Below, piece by piece: positions 1 to 11,199 of a stretch of DNA of 64,000 bases. Both the position numbers and the translations under genes were made by a program. Position 1 is the first letter of the stretch, and every line of letters starts with the position of its first letter. The notes below the pieces were generated by a model. That model was not told where the DNA came from and made no database searches. It saw only the letters and a program-made list of their open reading frames with translations. The DNA is from Psammoneis japonica (taxonomy: Eukaryota), in assembly GCA_008632985.1 (NCBI GenBank), contig QPGO01000146.1:1-64000 (forward strand), in the 5' to 3' direction.

Positions 1-355
1 CTGCATCAAACTCTCAGCTGATTGCAGAAGTTTGGAAAACATTCTTTGCTGCAGCTTTGTCTGCCATGGCTGCTGTCTCAAATGTGAAATGTGAGAATGT
101 CCATTTGGCAGATCAACAGACAGAGAGATGAAGGTGGCCCAATGGTTGCATTGCAGCCACTGCATCCACCTTGATGCAAGCTGGAAGCATCCAGAGCTGA
201 GCACAGCAGACATTTGGTTTGATGTCTCTCTGCAAATGACCTGTCTCCAATGTGTCATGTCTGAGTCATTTTGATGTTGCCAAGGCCACTGAGATGCACG
301 CAGCTCTGCAGATTTAGGAAATTCAAGCAATCCACCCATTTCAAACTCTGTCAAA
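1..355. repeat. Tail of a degenerate repeat/TE block, depleted of TpA and CpG
   Basis: TG/CA-rich sequence with almost no TA or CG, same composition as the TE-derived blocks; no recognisable protein. Confidence 0.4.
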
Positions 356-1684
356 TCTCTTTTAAGAGTGGTCGGTCGCTACTTTTTTTAGCTCGAATTC
401 GGCCGAATAGCTCGTGATTTGCATGATTTTTTCTGAATTTCACCGTGCTTCACCGTGGTGAAAACCGTAAGCCATAAGTATGCGACGGAAGTGTGCCGGC
501 TCCATACTCTCATTGGTATTATGCTCGCCATGCATTGTATGATCAGTATCAGATGATAGTACGGAGGCGGAACGCTACGTTTTTGAGAAATATCGAAGAT
601 TGCATCATCGTCGTGCTTCGATCGCGGTGCCGATGCTTCTCGTTTTCGTGCGCGATCGGGTGGGAATGTGGATAATTTTTGTATTCAAAAATAAACACTT
701 ATAAATAGCCTTATTCAAATCGCACTGTAATTCTAGGATAAACGAGGGGGTGACCCCTCTTAACGCCAATCGTATCAGATGCCCGTTTGCGGCCATGGGC
801 CGTAAAAAATTTGCGGCCCATACATGGGCCGCAAATTTTTTTCAAATCTTCCACGATAGAGATAATCGATGAATAGACCCCACAATCGAATTCTGCATAC
901 CCGAAAACACAGGAATCGACACTTCAGCTGTTAAAAAAGTCCCACTGGTTGTTCTGGTGGCCTCTAAAATGTGCTTGCGATTTCGCGCAATTTTTCGCCG
1001 ATTTCTCCCTCCACCATGGCGGACCCTATGGCTGGCCCCACCCGGGAAGAACATTCACTCCAGCAACCTCAGACGCCTGATGACATCGTTGGGGAAATGC
1101 CAGATGTGTCAGAATTGCTTGGAGCGGGAATGGATGTGTCTTTTTCGCCTGCTCAAGACATGCCACCAAACCCGGCATCACTGAGTGCTCCCGAAGCACC
1201 CTCTGTTCCAGTGCTTCCCCCCCTCCAAGTCTTCCCATGCAGCCGCCAGTGGCCAGGAGAGCTTGAGTGTGATTCAGCTTTGCAAAACAAAAGTTGATTG
1301 TTCCTGATGTGATGTGCTTGCATCCTCAACAACAAACATTGAATCGTTTTGATCACGTCATGGACATTGGTGGAGCCACGTCTCCTGAGTGTCTTGAAAC
1401 CATCTTGGAACACATGGGAATGACCAACAAGACTCTTTCACATTCGAGAAAGTCACCCTTCCATGAACACACATCATCCCATCATGAAGAACACTGTCAA
1501 ATGTTGAATGCGGTGGATGCCGAACTGCATCATTGTGCTCAAGAGGTGATTCGAGCAGACTGCGATTTTTTCCAGTGCATCAAGGAATTAAAACTGGTGC
1601 AAGAATAAAACGAAAATGCAGGACATGACATGGAGTTGCTTTGCAGCTGTGGCAATTTGTCTTGTGCAAAGTGTCTCCCTTCTT

Positions 1685-2720
1685 TCAAAGTGCCTTGAAG
1701 CTCGACACTGTTTCTTCCAAGGCCGCTCCGTCAGGTCCGTCAAAATCTTGTTCCAACGCACTTGCAAAGACAGCCATGAGATTCGCATCCATCAATTCCA
1801 AACTGGCCTTGGCCAGAGTGATGCGAAACAGCTGTGACACACCACATTCCTCCAAAAGCAGTTCTGGTTTTTGCACCTCAATCTCAGTTTTGAGTGCAAA
1901 TCTCAACACTTTTCCATCGGCCGACACGGACACCAAATTGGGCATGAGGACGGTTTGCTTTGCATGGGTTTGTCACATTTGCCGCATGAATTTAAAAGAG
2001 TGGCAACCGCCGCAGGTTTTCCCAAACCAGGAAAGGTTGTCAAGTCACCGTCGCCTCGATGCCGTTTTCTTCCAACAAGACATCAATGGGGAAACTGTGT
2101 TCACCCGTCGCCTCGATGCCGTTTTCTTCCAACAAGACACGAGTGGGGAAACTGTGTTGTGACATGAGCAGAGAACAACAAAGAGTTGGCAAAGATGAGG
2201 AACAAAAGGGTTCATCTGGAGCACAGCTGCAATTTCGTTCATCCAATGACACACCGTTCAATGGCAACAATCTCAGCCTTGGCCATGTCACCAGCGGAAA
2301 AGATGCTTGATCCACGTCGACCTTGTTCCGTCTTGGCGTTGGGCAAGTCACCCTTGGCCGATCGACGAAGCGCAAAGAACGTTTTGGGAACGCGAATGGA
2401 AAAGAATCCAATGGGATCGACAAAGTCCTTCATTGGGATCGCACTTGCCACCACAACATTGTTGTTTGTTTCGTCATCCGCAATGGCTGCACAAGCCAGG
2501 AGATTGGCACCCAGTGCCGCCGTGACTGCCGATTTCTTCCAAAACGTTCGGCGACTGACAGCAAAATCAACCTCTGTGTCGTCCTGCTGTTGGTCAGTGA
2601 AGTTGTTTTCTGCAAACAGCTTTACACAAGAAACGTGACACCTTGGATGCACAGGATGTCACATCACTCTCTTACATTCCCGTGCAAAAATGACAACGAG
2701 ATGAGCGTTGTTTTAAGAAT
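1685..2720 (-). pseudogene. PsbP-domain thylakoid lumen protein, captured and disrupted copy
   Basis: Tat-type SRRTF motif plus AIA cleavage site; FVDPIGFFSIRVPK...AKAEIVAIER|FPTRVLLEENGIEATG joined across a 103-bp intron (2152-2254); C-terminal RITLAKA...AVFASALEQDF...VSSFKAL. Contains frameshifts and an internal duplication; 5' end appears truncated. Family assignment is from motif recognition only. Confidence 0.7.
2045..2157. repeat. 56/57-bp tandem duplication covering the intron acceptor and start of exon 2 of the PsbP-like pseudogene
   Basis: 2045-2100 and 2101-2157 are near-identical. Confidence 0.9.
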
Positions 2721-2833
2721 TGTGGGAAATTTGCGGCCCACATGTGGGTCGTAAAAAAATTGCGACAAGAATTTTGCAGCCCAGATGCGGGCTGCAAAAT
2801 TGCGTGTCAAGCGTCTGATGCGATTGGCGTTAA

Positions 2834-3960
2834 AGGCTGTTGTCGCCCAACACTGTGCAGCCAGACATGAAAACACACTTGATGTCAGGCACACAGCACA
2901 CATGGCACTTGTTGTTGCCAGACATGCTCAGCCTCCCGACACACTCTTGACAGAATGAAAAGTGTGTTTGCATGGCAGGGTGGTGATGCACGCATCCACT
3001 CTTTGACTGTTCTTCTGAATGTTGTGCCACAAACTTTTGCCTGTCTTTGTAAATCCCTCATTTGTCATCAACAAGACTTCCATTTTGTCACTGGCACTGA
3101 TGACAAGGGTTGGCATTTCCAACAGCAGATGTGTTTGTTGACCCTTTGCAGGGGGGATGAAATGCTGCCTTTTTGCTTTTTTTTTTCCCTCTCTCATTGA
3201 AGACTCAATCTGTGTCAAACTCATTGCCAGTGATGGGGGATCTTCAAATCCATGAAGATGTCACTGACAAAAAAATTCCTGTTGACTGCACTTCTTGATT
3301 CATTCTTTGTCATGGACTTCTGTGCTCATTTGCTTCATGGGGCACTTGTGCTCTTGCTGCCACTCCTGCTCCAAGCATGCTTTGGCATCTGTAGAAACTT
3401 CTCACTGTTGGCAACATCATCTCCAGCCAATTGTTCAATCAGTTGGTTCCTTGTCATTGATTTTGCTGATGTTTGTCTTTGTCTGACCCTGATGAATTCA
3501 GACTGTGCTTTGTTCATCTTTCAACAATGCCTGTGATGATTGTGATGGCACTTCCATTGGCAACATCTGTCACTGACATCTCTTGCTGGAACCCCCATTG
3601 ATTCATCAAACGTGTTCAATTCATGTTGCTTGAGACCCTCAGTGGCAAGATGCAGCGCTCCAGGGCTGATCCTTCCACTCTCACAAGCAGAAGATGTGCA
3701 ACAGCTGGGGTCACTCTCAATGCCGGTGCTGCTCTGATGAGACAAGTCACTGCAGTCTTCATTGACCAGCTCACTTGGTTTTGAGTTGGTGTCATTGTGA
3801 CGTGACGTTTCATTCGATGTCACCCGCAACAGCGCTCTTGGGGCAGCAAGAAGACTCATCGAGGCAGCTTTCATCCTCACGAGAAATCGAAGTGCACATT
3901 TTGTTCATCATCAGAGTTGCCGCATGTCAAGGGCAACAAATGAGGCGCGCTGTGGCAGGA
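2834..3960. repeat. TpA/CpG-depleted degenerate coding-like relic, unassigned
   Basis: Composition matches the hypermutated blocks; broken minus-strand frames with no recognisable domain. Confidence 0.35.
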
Positions 3961-4262
3961 GTGGGAATCGTTGTGGTTGTCGAAAGTTACGAAGTCGCGA
4001 AAAAAGTGAGAGGAGAAGCGGCGCATGCGCAACGGGTCTTGTTTCAAATCTACAGTAAGATGTCCCGACTTGCTGACTTCACGCAAAATGTATAGAATAT
4101 TATTCAGCAATTTATAAATTTGTATACAGTATAAAATGAAATTTTATTCGAGCATTCATTCGCCATCGTTGTCACAAAACGAAGGCGCGCGACAAATGCT
4201 TGTCATTCAACGAAATCAATCGCCTAGAGAGAGCCCTAAAAGTGATGTTACGAGCAAGCGAA

Positions 4263-7181
4263 TTAAGGAGGCCGCACGGTTTGTTTCGGTTTCGCGTTGC
4301 ATCTTTCTTTTTCCTCTCCCTCTTCCGTTTCCTCATCGCTGCGACAGCAACAACATTTGCACTCATTGATCAACATACTATCACAGTGCACCACGATCGG
4401 GGGCTCCAGAAAAGTTTGATAACAGAGTTCACCGGGAAGTTGCTCTTCCAACAAAGGACTACTAAGGTCCAGATCAACTGAGGCGAAAAGCAACGGGGAC
4501 ATTTCAGAAATGTAGGAATACGGAAAAGACACGCACTTCCTGCTAGCACTCACTTAATCGTTCAAGGTTCTTAAGCTCGGTAGGCACCGTCCCATTGATT
4601 CTATTTCCTCCTATCCGAAGCGTTGCTATTGTGATAGAGGTTGTAGAAGGCGCGAAAAGCGGTTAGCACAGCTGAGAAAATCGCAGCGGTGTAACGCAAC
4701 CAAACTTACTAAGCTCCTCCAACTCTCCAATCTCCGTCACGAGCGTTCCTGACAGCTTGTTGAATGAAATATCCAAATACTCTTCAGCAACCAAGCAACA
4801 AATAATGATTGGTAAAGAAACGAATCAAGCACCATAATCAATGATACAAAGCCGCAGCGGTGCAACGTAACCAAACTTACTAAGCTCCTTCAACTCCCCA
4901 ATCTCCGTTACGAACGTTCCTGTCAGCTTGTTGAATGAAATATCTAAATGCTCTGCAGCAACCAAGCAAAAAACAATGATTTGCAAAGAAACGAATAAAG
5001 CAACATAATCAGTGACACACAACCTACCGAGCCTTGTGAGATGGCCAATGTCGCGGGGCATGCTTCCTTCTATAGAGTTGTTGCTAGCGGAAAAAACTTC
5101 AAGGTCCGAGAAGAAAGATATGTCTTCAAACATGGGTAGCGGATGGTAAAGAGAAATAGCACCGGTATAATAGTTGTTATCAAGAAAGAAACGAATCAAG
5201 CACCATAATCAGTGACACGCAACCTACCGAGCCTTGTGAGATGGCCAATATCGAGGGGCGTGCTTCCTTCTAAAGAGTTGTTGCTAGGGGAAAAAACCTC
5301 AAGGTTCGAGAAGAAAGATATGTCTTCAAACATGGGTAGTGGGGGGTGAGGAAAAAGAGCACCGGTGAAATTGTTGTTATCAACTCGCACTTCCCCTGTG
5401 ATACGGGGAAAAGAAAGCAGAAAAGAGTTCGTATTTCGTTTAGCCATCGATGACGAAAGCGAAAAAGGGTTGTTGTAGAGCGTGCGTCAAAACTCACGTA
5501 GATGACGAAGTAATCTGTAGCCAAATGGAACAGACCCGAAAAAATGATTCCGAGAAAAGTCAAGAACGTCTGAGATACGGTAGGAAAACAACCATATGTG
5601 AGTCTAATGCGATTCGACATGTTACGTCTCGAATGGAATGCCAAGCTTACATAAAGGGGATCTTCCACCCAACAATACTTTGTCTATAAAACCCGCAAGC
5701 AGCTCTCTCTCTTTCTCCCCAAAGCCATCTAATTGTTCTGTTGTTAAGTTGCCGAACGTTTCTTGGATGATGTCGAGACCTTCTTCGACCATGACATCCG
5801 GTATATTTCCTGTTAGCATGTTTTCGGCGACGCCAATCCGTCCTATTTCAAAATGATAGGGGAAAACACAAAGCATGAACAAATGAGCTACGCGCAAGTG
5901 CCATTGCCCATCACAGTGGAACAGTTGCATGATGAGATACTCACGGAGTGAAGTTAGTTGACGAAGCAACTGGCTGGGTAGCGGGCCACGAATCCGATTT
6001 CGCCCTAGTTCCAGTCGCCTGAGATCACAAAGCTTCCCGATCTCGTATGGAATTGTACCACTGGCATCTTGCCCAGCTAAATCTAACTGTAGTACCCGTT
6101 TCTGTTCACCAAAAGAACATCCTACTCCTTCCCATTCACATTCAATTTCTGTGGAAAGCCAATTCTGTTGCCTTGGCCAACCACGACCTTCCAAAGAAAA
6201 ATGTAGCAATGCGAGCACGTAACGTTGTAGTGTCCACTGATGACTGTTTCGCGGACAAATGAAGTTTGTTTCGGGCTCCATTGTGGGAACAAGCGGTAGA
6301 ACCTCGGTTAAATTCCTGGCGATAGTGTCGTTAGCTAGCCATAGCAACGCCAGGTTGCGAGGTTCACAGGCAGTTATGTTTGTCTCAATGGTGATGTTCA
6401 AAAACGTTTTCAGAGTTTCGTATCTTGTTTCAATTTCGGTGGATATCCCAAATATATCTCCACAAAAGGTACATTGATCCGGAATATTCGGGTCTCTCGA
6501 AAGAAGAAGGGAGTCACAAATCTGCTCAGCATCGACGAGGTCGCTATTGCTTTTGCCTGGCCCGATTGGCCCGAGCACCAACCCGACTATCAAAATCACA
6601 ACAATTAGCAAGATGATAATAACAATCACAAAACAGAGACATTTGCGTTTCCTTCGTTGCTCTCTCTCCAAATCTTCGGGCGTCTGCACGAGATCTGGGT
6701 ACACCATATTCTCGTCCACGACGCGATTGTCACTCGGAAGTGCGAGCTCAGCTTCCACAAGGATGGTCCTGTCATCACGAGTTGGAGGCATGGGAGCCAA
6801 ATCAATTGATTGTCCAGTCTCCAATTCGGACGCAATGGTACCATCACTCTGATTACGAGCGACCTGCCCGTTGCGATTGACCGCAAATGCTCCTGGTGAG
6901 ATGGTTGCGGCCGTACTTGAAGTACCAATGGCTGCTCCAGATGAGATGGTTGCGGCCGCACTTGAAGCACCACCAGCTGATCCAGGTTCTCCATGACCAC
7001 TTTGAGAATGACGGCTAGTATTCCCCTGCAAACTAGGATATGGAGTTGCTTGTTCGCGAACACTCACTTCATCTTCTTGTTTCTTTTCTCCCCTATCTGC
7101 ATGCTTTTTGCTGCCAATCTGGACCCACTTTTTCCCTCCTCTTGCCTTATTCTTGGCAGGTATTTTCTGTGAAAAATACAT
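4263..7181 (-). CDS. Multi-exon LRR receptor-like membrane protein (diatom type)
   Basis: PGAFAV motif, TM helix (FVIVIIILLIVVILIVGLVL), NLALLWLA..QRYVLALLHF..NWLS..ECEWEGVGC cap, LRR exons (LDLAGQDASGTIPYEIGKL, LDISFNKLTGTFVTEIGEL, LRIGGNRINGTVPTELKNL) separated by GT-AG introns, Cys-rich C-terminal exon ending in a stop at 4263. Start codon uncertain. Confidence 0.85.
4682..5383. repeat. Two tandem exon+intron duplications inside the LRR gene (~171 bp x2 and ~200 bp x2)
   Basis: 4682-4852 resembles 4853-5022; ~4986-5185 resembles ~5186-5383. Confidence 0.85.
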
Positions 7182-7764
7182 CGTGGTGATGTAGAGACAG
7201 AGTAAAAAGAACTCAGTTTTAAAACCTGAGGTTTCAGGTTGACCGAAAAAAGGAAAAAAACGATGGCGGGGGCGGGGGATTCGCATTTTTGCAGGGGGTT
7301 GCATGAAAAATCGAAATTTTCATTTTCCCCTGTTTTTCACGTGTTTTCAAACATTTTGACTGAAGAAAAGTCGTCGTGCAGAGAAAGGGGGGCACAACTG
7401 ATGTCGGTCGTCCATCATCTCGAGCATGCAATGGATGGCACCACGTGAGTGCGAGTCAGAGAGGGGGCACCAAATGTCGCGCCTTGTGACGTGCGCATCA
7501 GAAGCTCACTGCTCGCACCCCTGACGTCAGTGCTCTCGTCTCAATCGCTGTCGGTCTCGCTCATCATTCGACCCACCAACGAGCTGACGTGCTGGGTGGG
7601 AGACATCATTGTTGTCTTCACGTCTGGTGATTCAGCAGCAGCCTCAGTCATTGTAACTTTTAATGCTGAGACCGAACTGCTCGACAAAGTTTTGCTGTTT
7701 TGCTCATGCACTGCGAAGCCCAACGAAAATTTTTTGCAGACAAGACAAACTGGCTCTCTTGCAG

Positions 7765-8766
7765 CTATGACTGAAGAAATGTCACAACAAATGTTGCAAA
7801 ATGTCCTAATTTCTTAATGGGTTCCTGTTCATCCAAGTGTTCTGCTTCAAAGGGTGTGCATCCCATCACAATGGAAAGCTGTGTGATGTTCGCCACTGCT
7901 TGGAAGGCAAGGTGATGCGTTGATCGATCATGACGATGCGTTCTTGTCATCACTTGGAAGCGCTTGAACCAACCGTTGAGGCTTCGTGGCGGGCGCGAGC
8001 GACGGTCTTCATGTGTTGGTCGGCATTGCGCAGGCCGGTCGGGGCCACACAATGCTGGTGTCCGTCACTGTGTGCCCCATCAGCCAAGTAAAACTCTCCA
8101 TCTTGAAGTTCACAATTGATCGCCTCTCGTGCCATGCTCAAATCAGGAATGCCAGCTGGGCAGGGGCCATTCACCCAAACCATCCAACCTGTCTGAATGC
8201 ATGTGGCGATTTCGTGCCTAAGCCCTGCGCCGTTGAATTTGTGCGAGTGCCAGATGGGATCGAACGGCGATGGTTCGTTGATGCGAAAGTCAGTGCCGTC
8301 CACCGTCACCTTGCATGCACTGCCATTGTCATCCACAAACCTGTTCTCCCAATCAATCTGTGATGAAATTATGGTGAATCAAATGTCAGTGCATTGATTT
8401 TCAAAGAGAAATTGGAGTCATGGTGCGCACCAAGTTCAAATTCGCAATTAGCGCTGTCCCAACCCACACCCATTTTCTCAACGTATCCTCGTGCATGCCA
8501 CCGCAGATTCTGGCCATTGTGGTTTCAGTGTCACACAGTTTCAGAAAACAAAATGTGTGCAGTGAATGAATGGGTAGAAATCCGCGTGGGATGTTGCCAT
8601 CATCTTCAAGAAGGCCCCACAACTCACACACTGCGTCTCGCGGAGAGCAGAAGTACGAGGCAAATCTGCGGTTCCAAATCCGTTGTGACCTCATCGGCCT
8701 CTGGATGACTGTCCCCGCAAGATAATCTACTGTGGCTTTGGGTGGGTGCATTTGCATGGTGAGCAA
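7765..8766 (-). pseudogene. Harbinger-type DDE transposase, hypermutated and frameshifted
   Basis: VTVDGTDFRINEP..WHSHKFNGAGLRHEIATCIQTGWMVWVNGPCP..LADGAH..RARHE; the family normally has Tyr at WYSHKF, LRYE and DxxY. Confidence 0.85.
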
Positions 8767-9712
8767 TGTAGACGTGTGTTGCGCGTGTGATGTTTTATGT
8801 CACATGCTGACAAGATTGCTGCGGCGCCAGTTCCGTGCAGCAGTGTTTTTGTTGCCGCATCACAGGTGGATTGATGGTCGGGTAGGGTTCTCATTCGTTT
8901 CCAACGTCTAAAAACAATGCTCTGATGTTAGGCCTTTTAGAGAGATTCCCTTCGGGAACGCTTTTGGCGCGGTTTCGGAACGCTTTTGGTGCGGTCCCGG
9001 AACGGTGGAAAAACGGGAATGATGAAATGCCCATTTCGTCGAATGGCATTTCCGTGTTGGAGCTGTTGGCGGTTGTTGTAGATGTGGTTTAGTGTCAAAC
9101 AACACTGGCAGTTACAACAACACTTTGTAGTTCAACTCACAGCCACTGTAAATCAAAATTGTTGAGACTTCTAACAGCCGTTCTTTTTCTTAGAGAAAAT
9201 GGCAACCTGTTTTGACGGGTGTACCTTTTTGCAATAAATCCATCTAATCTGTTAAACTTTTACACTGTTGTGCCACACTCAAATGGTTCTAACAACAGTG
9301 CACTAATTACAGTGCATCACATGTCTCATTGCCAGATTAAGAGGCTCCAAAGTTTGATTTCCGTGCGAATTAGTGCAATCGAGAACGTTCTCGGAACGGT
9401 TTTGGAACGCTTTTGGAACGCTTTTGGAACGGCATGCAAGGGAATCTTGAGCTCCAACACTTCACAACAGTCCCCCCCGATGGGCCTTTTTTTGGTTTTG
9501 GCGGTTGCAGCAATTTCAAATTTGCCGGGACTTGCATGTGTGGGATTGACTGTCCCACATAAAGAGAGAGTTGAGACGGTCGTGAACAATTCAAATCGGA
9601 GTTCGGGATTCGATGCAAACCTTGCCGTAGTGTGCCGAGCAAGCAACACGCATTCAGAGGATTTGCAGCTTGCCTCATCATAAAATTGAGAACAGTGACC
9701 AACACACACACG

Positions 9713-10847
9713 ATGGTGACAATGAACACAAGGAGCAAGTCAGTGTTTGGCACTGACTTGAAGCCGCCTCCCGCCTTTCGAAAAAACTCGCCCGACTGGA
9801 CACTGCTCAGGGATCTCCTGTTGCAAAAAAGGATCAATCCTGGAGCGTCACCAAAGGAGGTTCAGTCCATGCGTGCAGAGTTTTTGAAGTGTCCTCTTGC
9901 CAAATTTTGCACTCAGCTGTGCAAGCTGAGGAAAGAAACTGGTTTCAACCTGCGACAACGAAGCGCTGATGACAGCACTGCGCCACCGGCAGATGATGGC
10001 ACTGGTGGAAGTAAGTGTCGCCACATGCTGCACTTTGTCAAATGAAACAGAATGCACTCTCATGTTGCTCTTTTTTTCTCTTGACTGTTGTCCACTTGTT
10101 TCAAAAGGGGAAGACCTCGACATGGACGAGGACGAGCTCTTAGCCGACGTCAGCCTGCCGTCAGCCAAGGAAACCGGCAGTTTTGCAGCTGTCGCCCCCA
10201 CTGCTTTGGACCCCCCAGCACTTGAGGACGACCAGACATTCAAGCCCATGGTTTTGCAGGCGACCTGCAAGGATTCTGTCAACAAGACAGACCATGTGGT
10301 GCTGGTGATTGTAGCTCCCTCAGGAGCATGCACTGAGGACCTTTCTAGCTTCAAGCTCGCGGTGACGGGTGGCGGTTGGTTTTTACAGTGCACCTCCGAG
10401 TGGCCGGGTCACAGCATGGACATGGACTCACTCCATGCTGTGCTGGTGGAGGAGGCACAATCCCAAGGAGACCAAGAGCTCAGGGATGTGTGTGAGCGCC
10501 TAGAGGCACTTTCGGATCAGTTGTCCTCCATGAGGTTGTCGGACAGCGATGTCTTGGCGTCAACAGCCACTGTTCCTTTGCCCATCAAAGTGTCGAAAAA
10601 GATCAACAAGGTTCATCTTTTGGGGGGCAAGGATGGTTCAAGAATTGCATGTGTTGACCTCAAAGCTGAGGACTCAACATACCGCTCTATGGAGAGCCCC
10701 AAGGTTATGTTGATTGACGGCACTACTTGTATGGCGAAGTGGGGTGCGCGGCGTTTCTTTTCATTTTACATTGTTTTAGTTTTCACAGCAGCAACAAGGA
10801 CAAGTGTGGCGGCTGTCATTAGAAACACCAGTAGTTTAGAACATTAG
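9713..10847 (+). pseudogene. Accessory (ORF2) protein of the Harbinger-like element
   Basis: ATG at 9713; GTAAGT..AG intron 10011-10107 joins two open frames in phase; lies inside the TIRs opposite the transposase; nearly Tyr-free. 3' end uncertain. Confidence 0.55.
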
Positions 10848-11199
10848 TTTAATTGCATTATTCTTACTTCTTAGCACAGCAGTGTCTTTACGTCTTAGTT
10901 TCAATCCATAAAACATCGTTGACAACGACACCGCGTAGCCTCCGCTGTTGGCTACATCGATGCAGAGTACGGGCTACCACCTCGGCACCGCAGTCGGCAG
11001 CATCGGCTATCGGCATGCGTGCTGTTCGCACGATCCTGAAAATGCGAGAAAAACAGGGGAAAATGAAAATTTCGATTTTTCATGCAACTCCCAGTGTGTC
11101 ACGACTTATTATTTATCGATCCCGCGTGGCCACCAAAAATTTTTCAACGCGCGAGAAAAAAAAAATTGTGGAACGAATGCAAGTGATCACTGCTCAGAT

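Larger units (their letters stand above)
764..2829. mobile_element. Non-autonomous TIR DNA transposon, piggyBac-like, carrying a captured host gene
   Basis: TTAA at 760-763 and 2830-2833. TIR CGCCAATCGTATCAGATGC (764-782) matches the reverse complement of 2811-2829 (CGCCAATCGCATCAGACGC). Related subterminal palindromes (TTTGCGGCCCA..TGGG.CG) at ~790-842 and ~2727-2800. No transposase motif seen inside. Confidence 0.75.
7295..11091. mobile_element. PIF/Harbinger-superfamily DNA transposon, full length, two divergent ORFs
   Basis: ~54-bp TIRs GG(G/A)GTTGCATGAAAAATCGAAATTTTCATTTTCCCCTGTTTTTC at 7295 and, inverted, ending at 11091; 3-bp TSD CAG at 7292-7294 and 11092-11094; DDE transposase on minus strand and a second ORF on plus strand. 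Confidence 0.85.

Noticed and set aside
7182..7304. N-terminal extension of the 560-aa LRR ORF
   Set aside because: It runs into transposon-end sequence and the Harbinger TIR; the ATG at 7181 is the more plausible start.
8955..9432. GGAACGCTTTT repeats as a CRISPR-like array
   Set aside because: Short tandem motifs with no unique spacers of regular length, in a eukaryotic transposon context with no cas genes.
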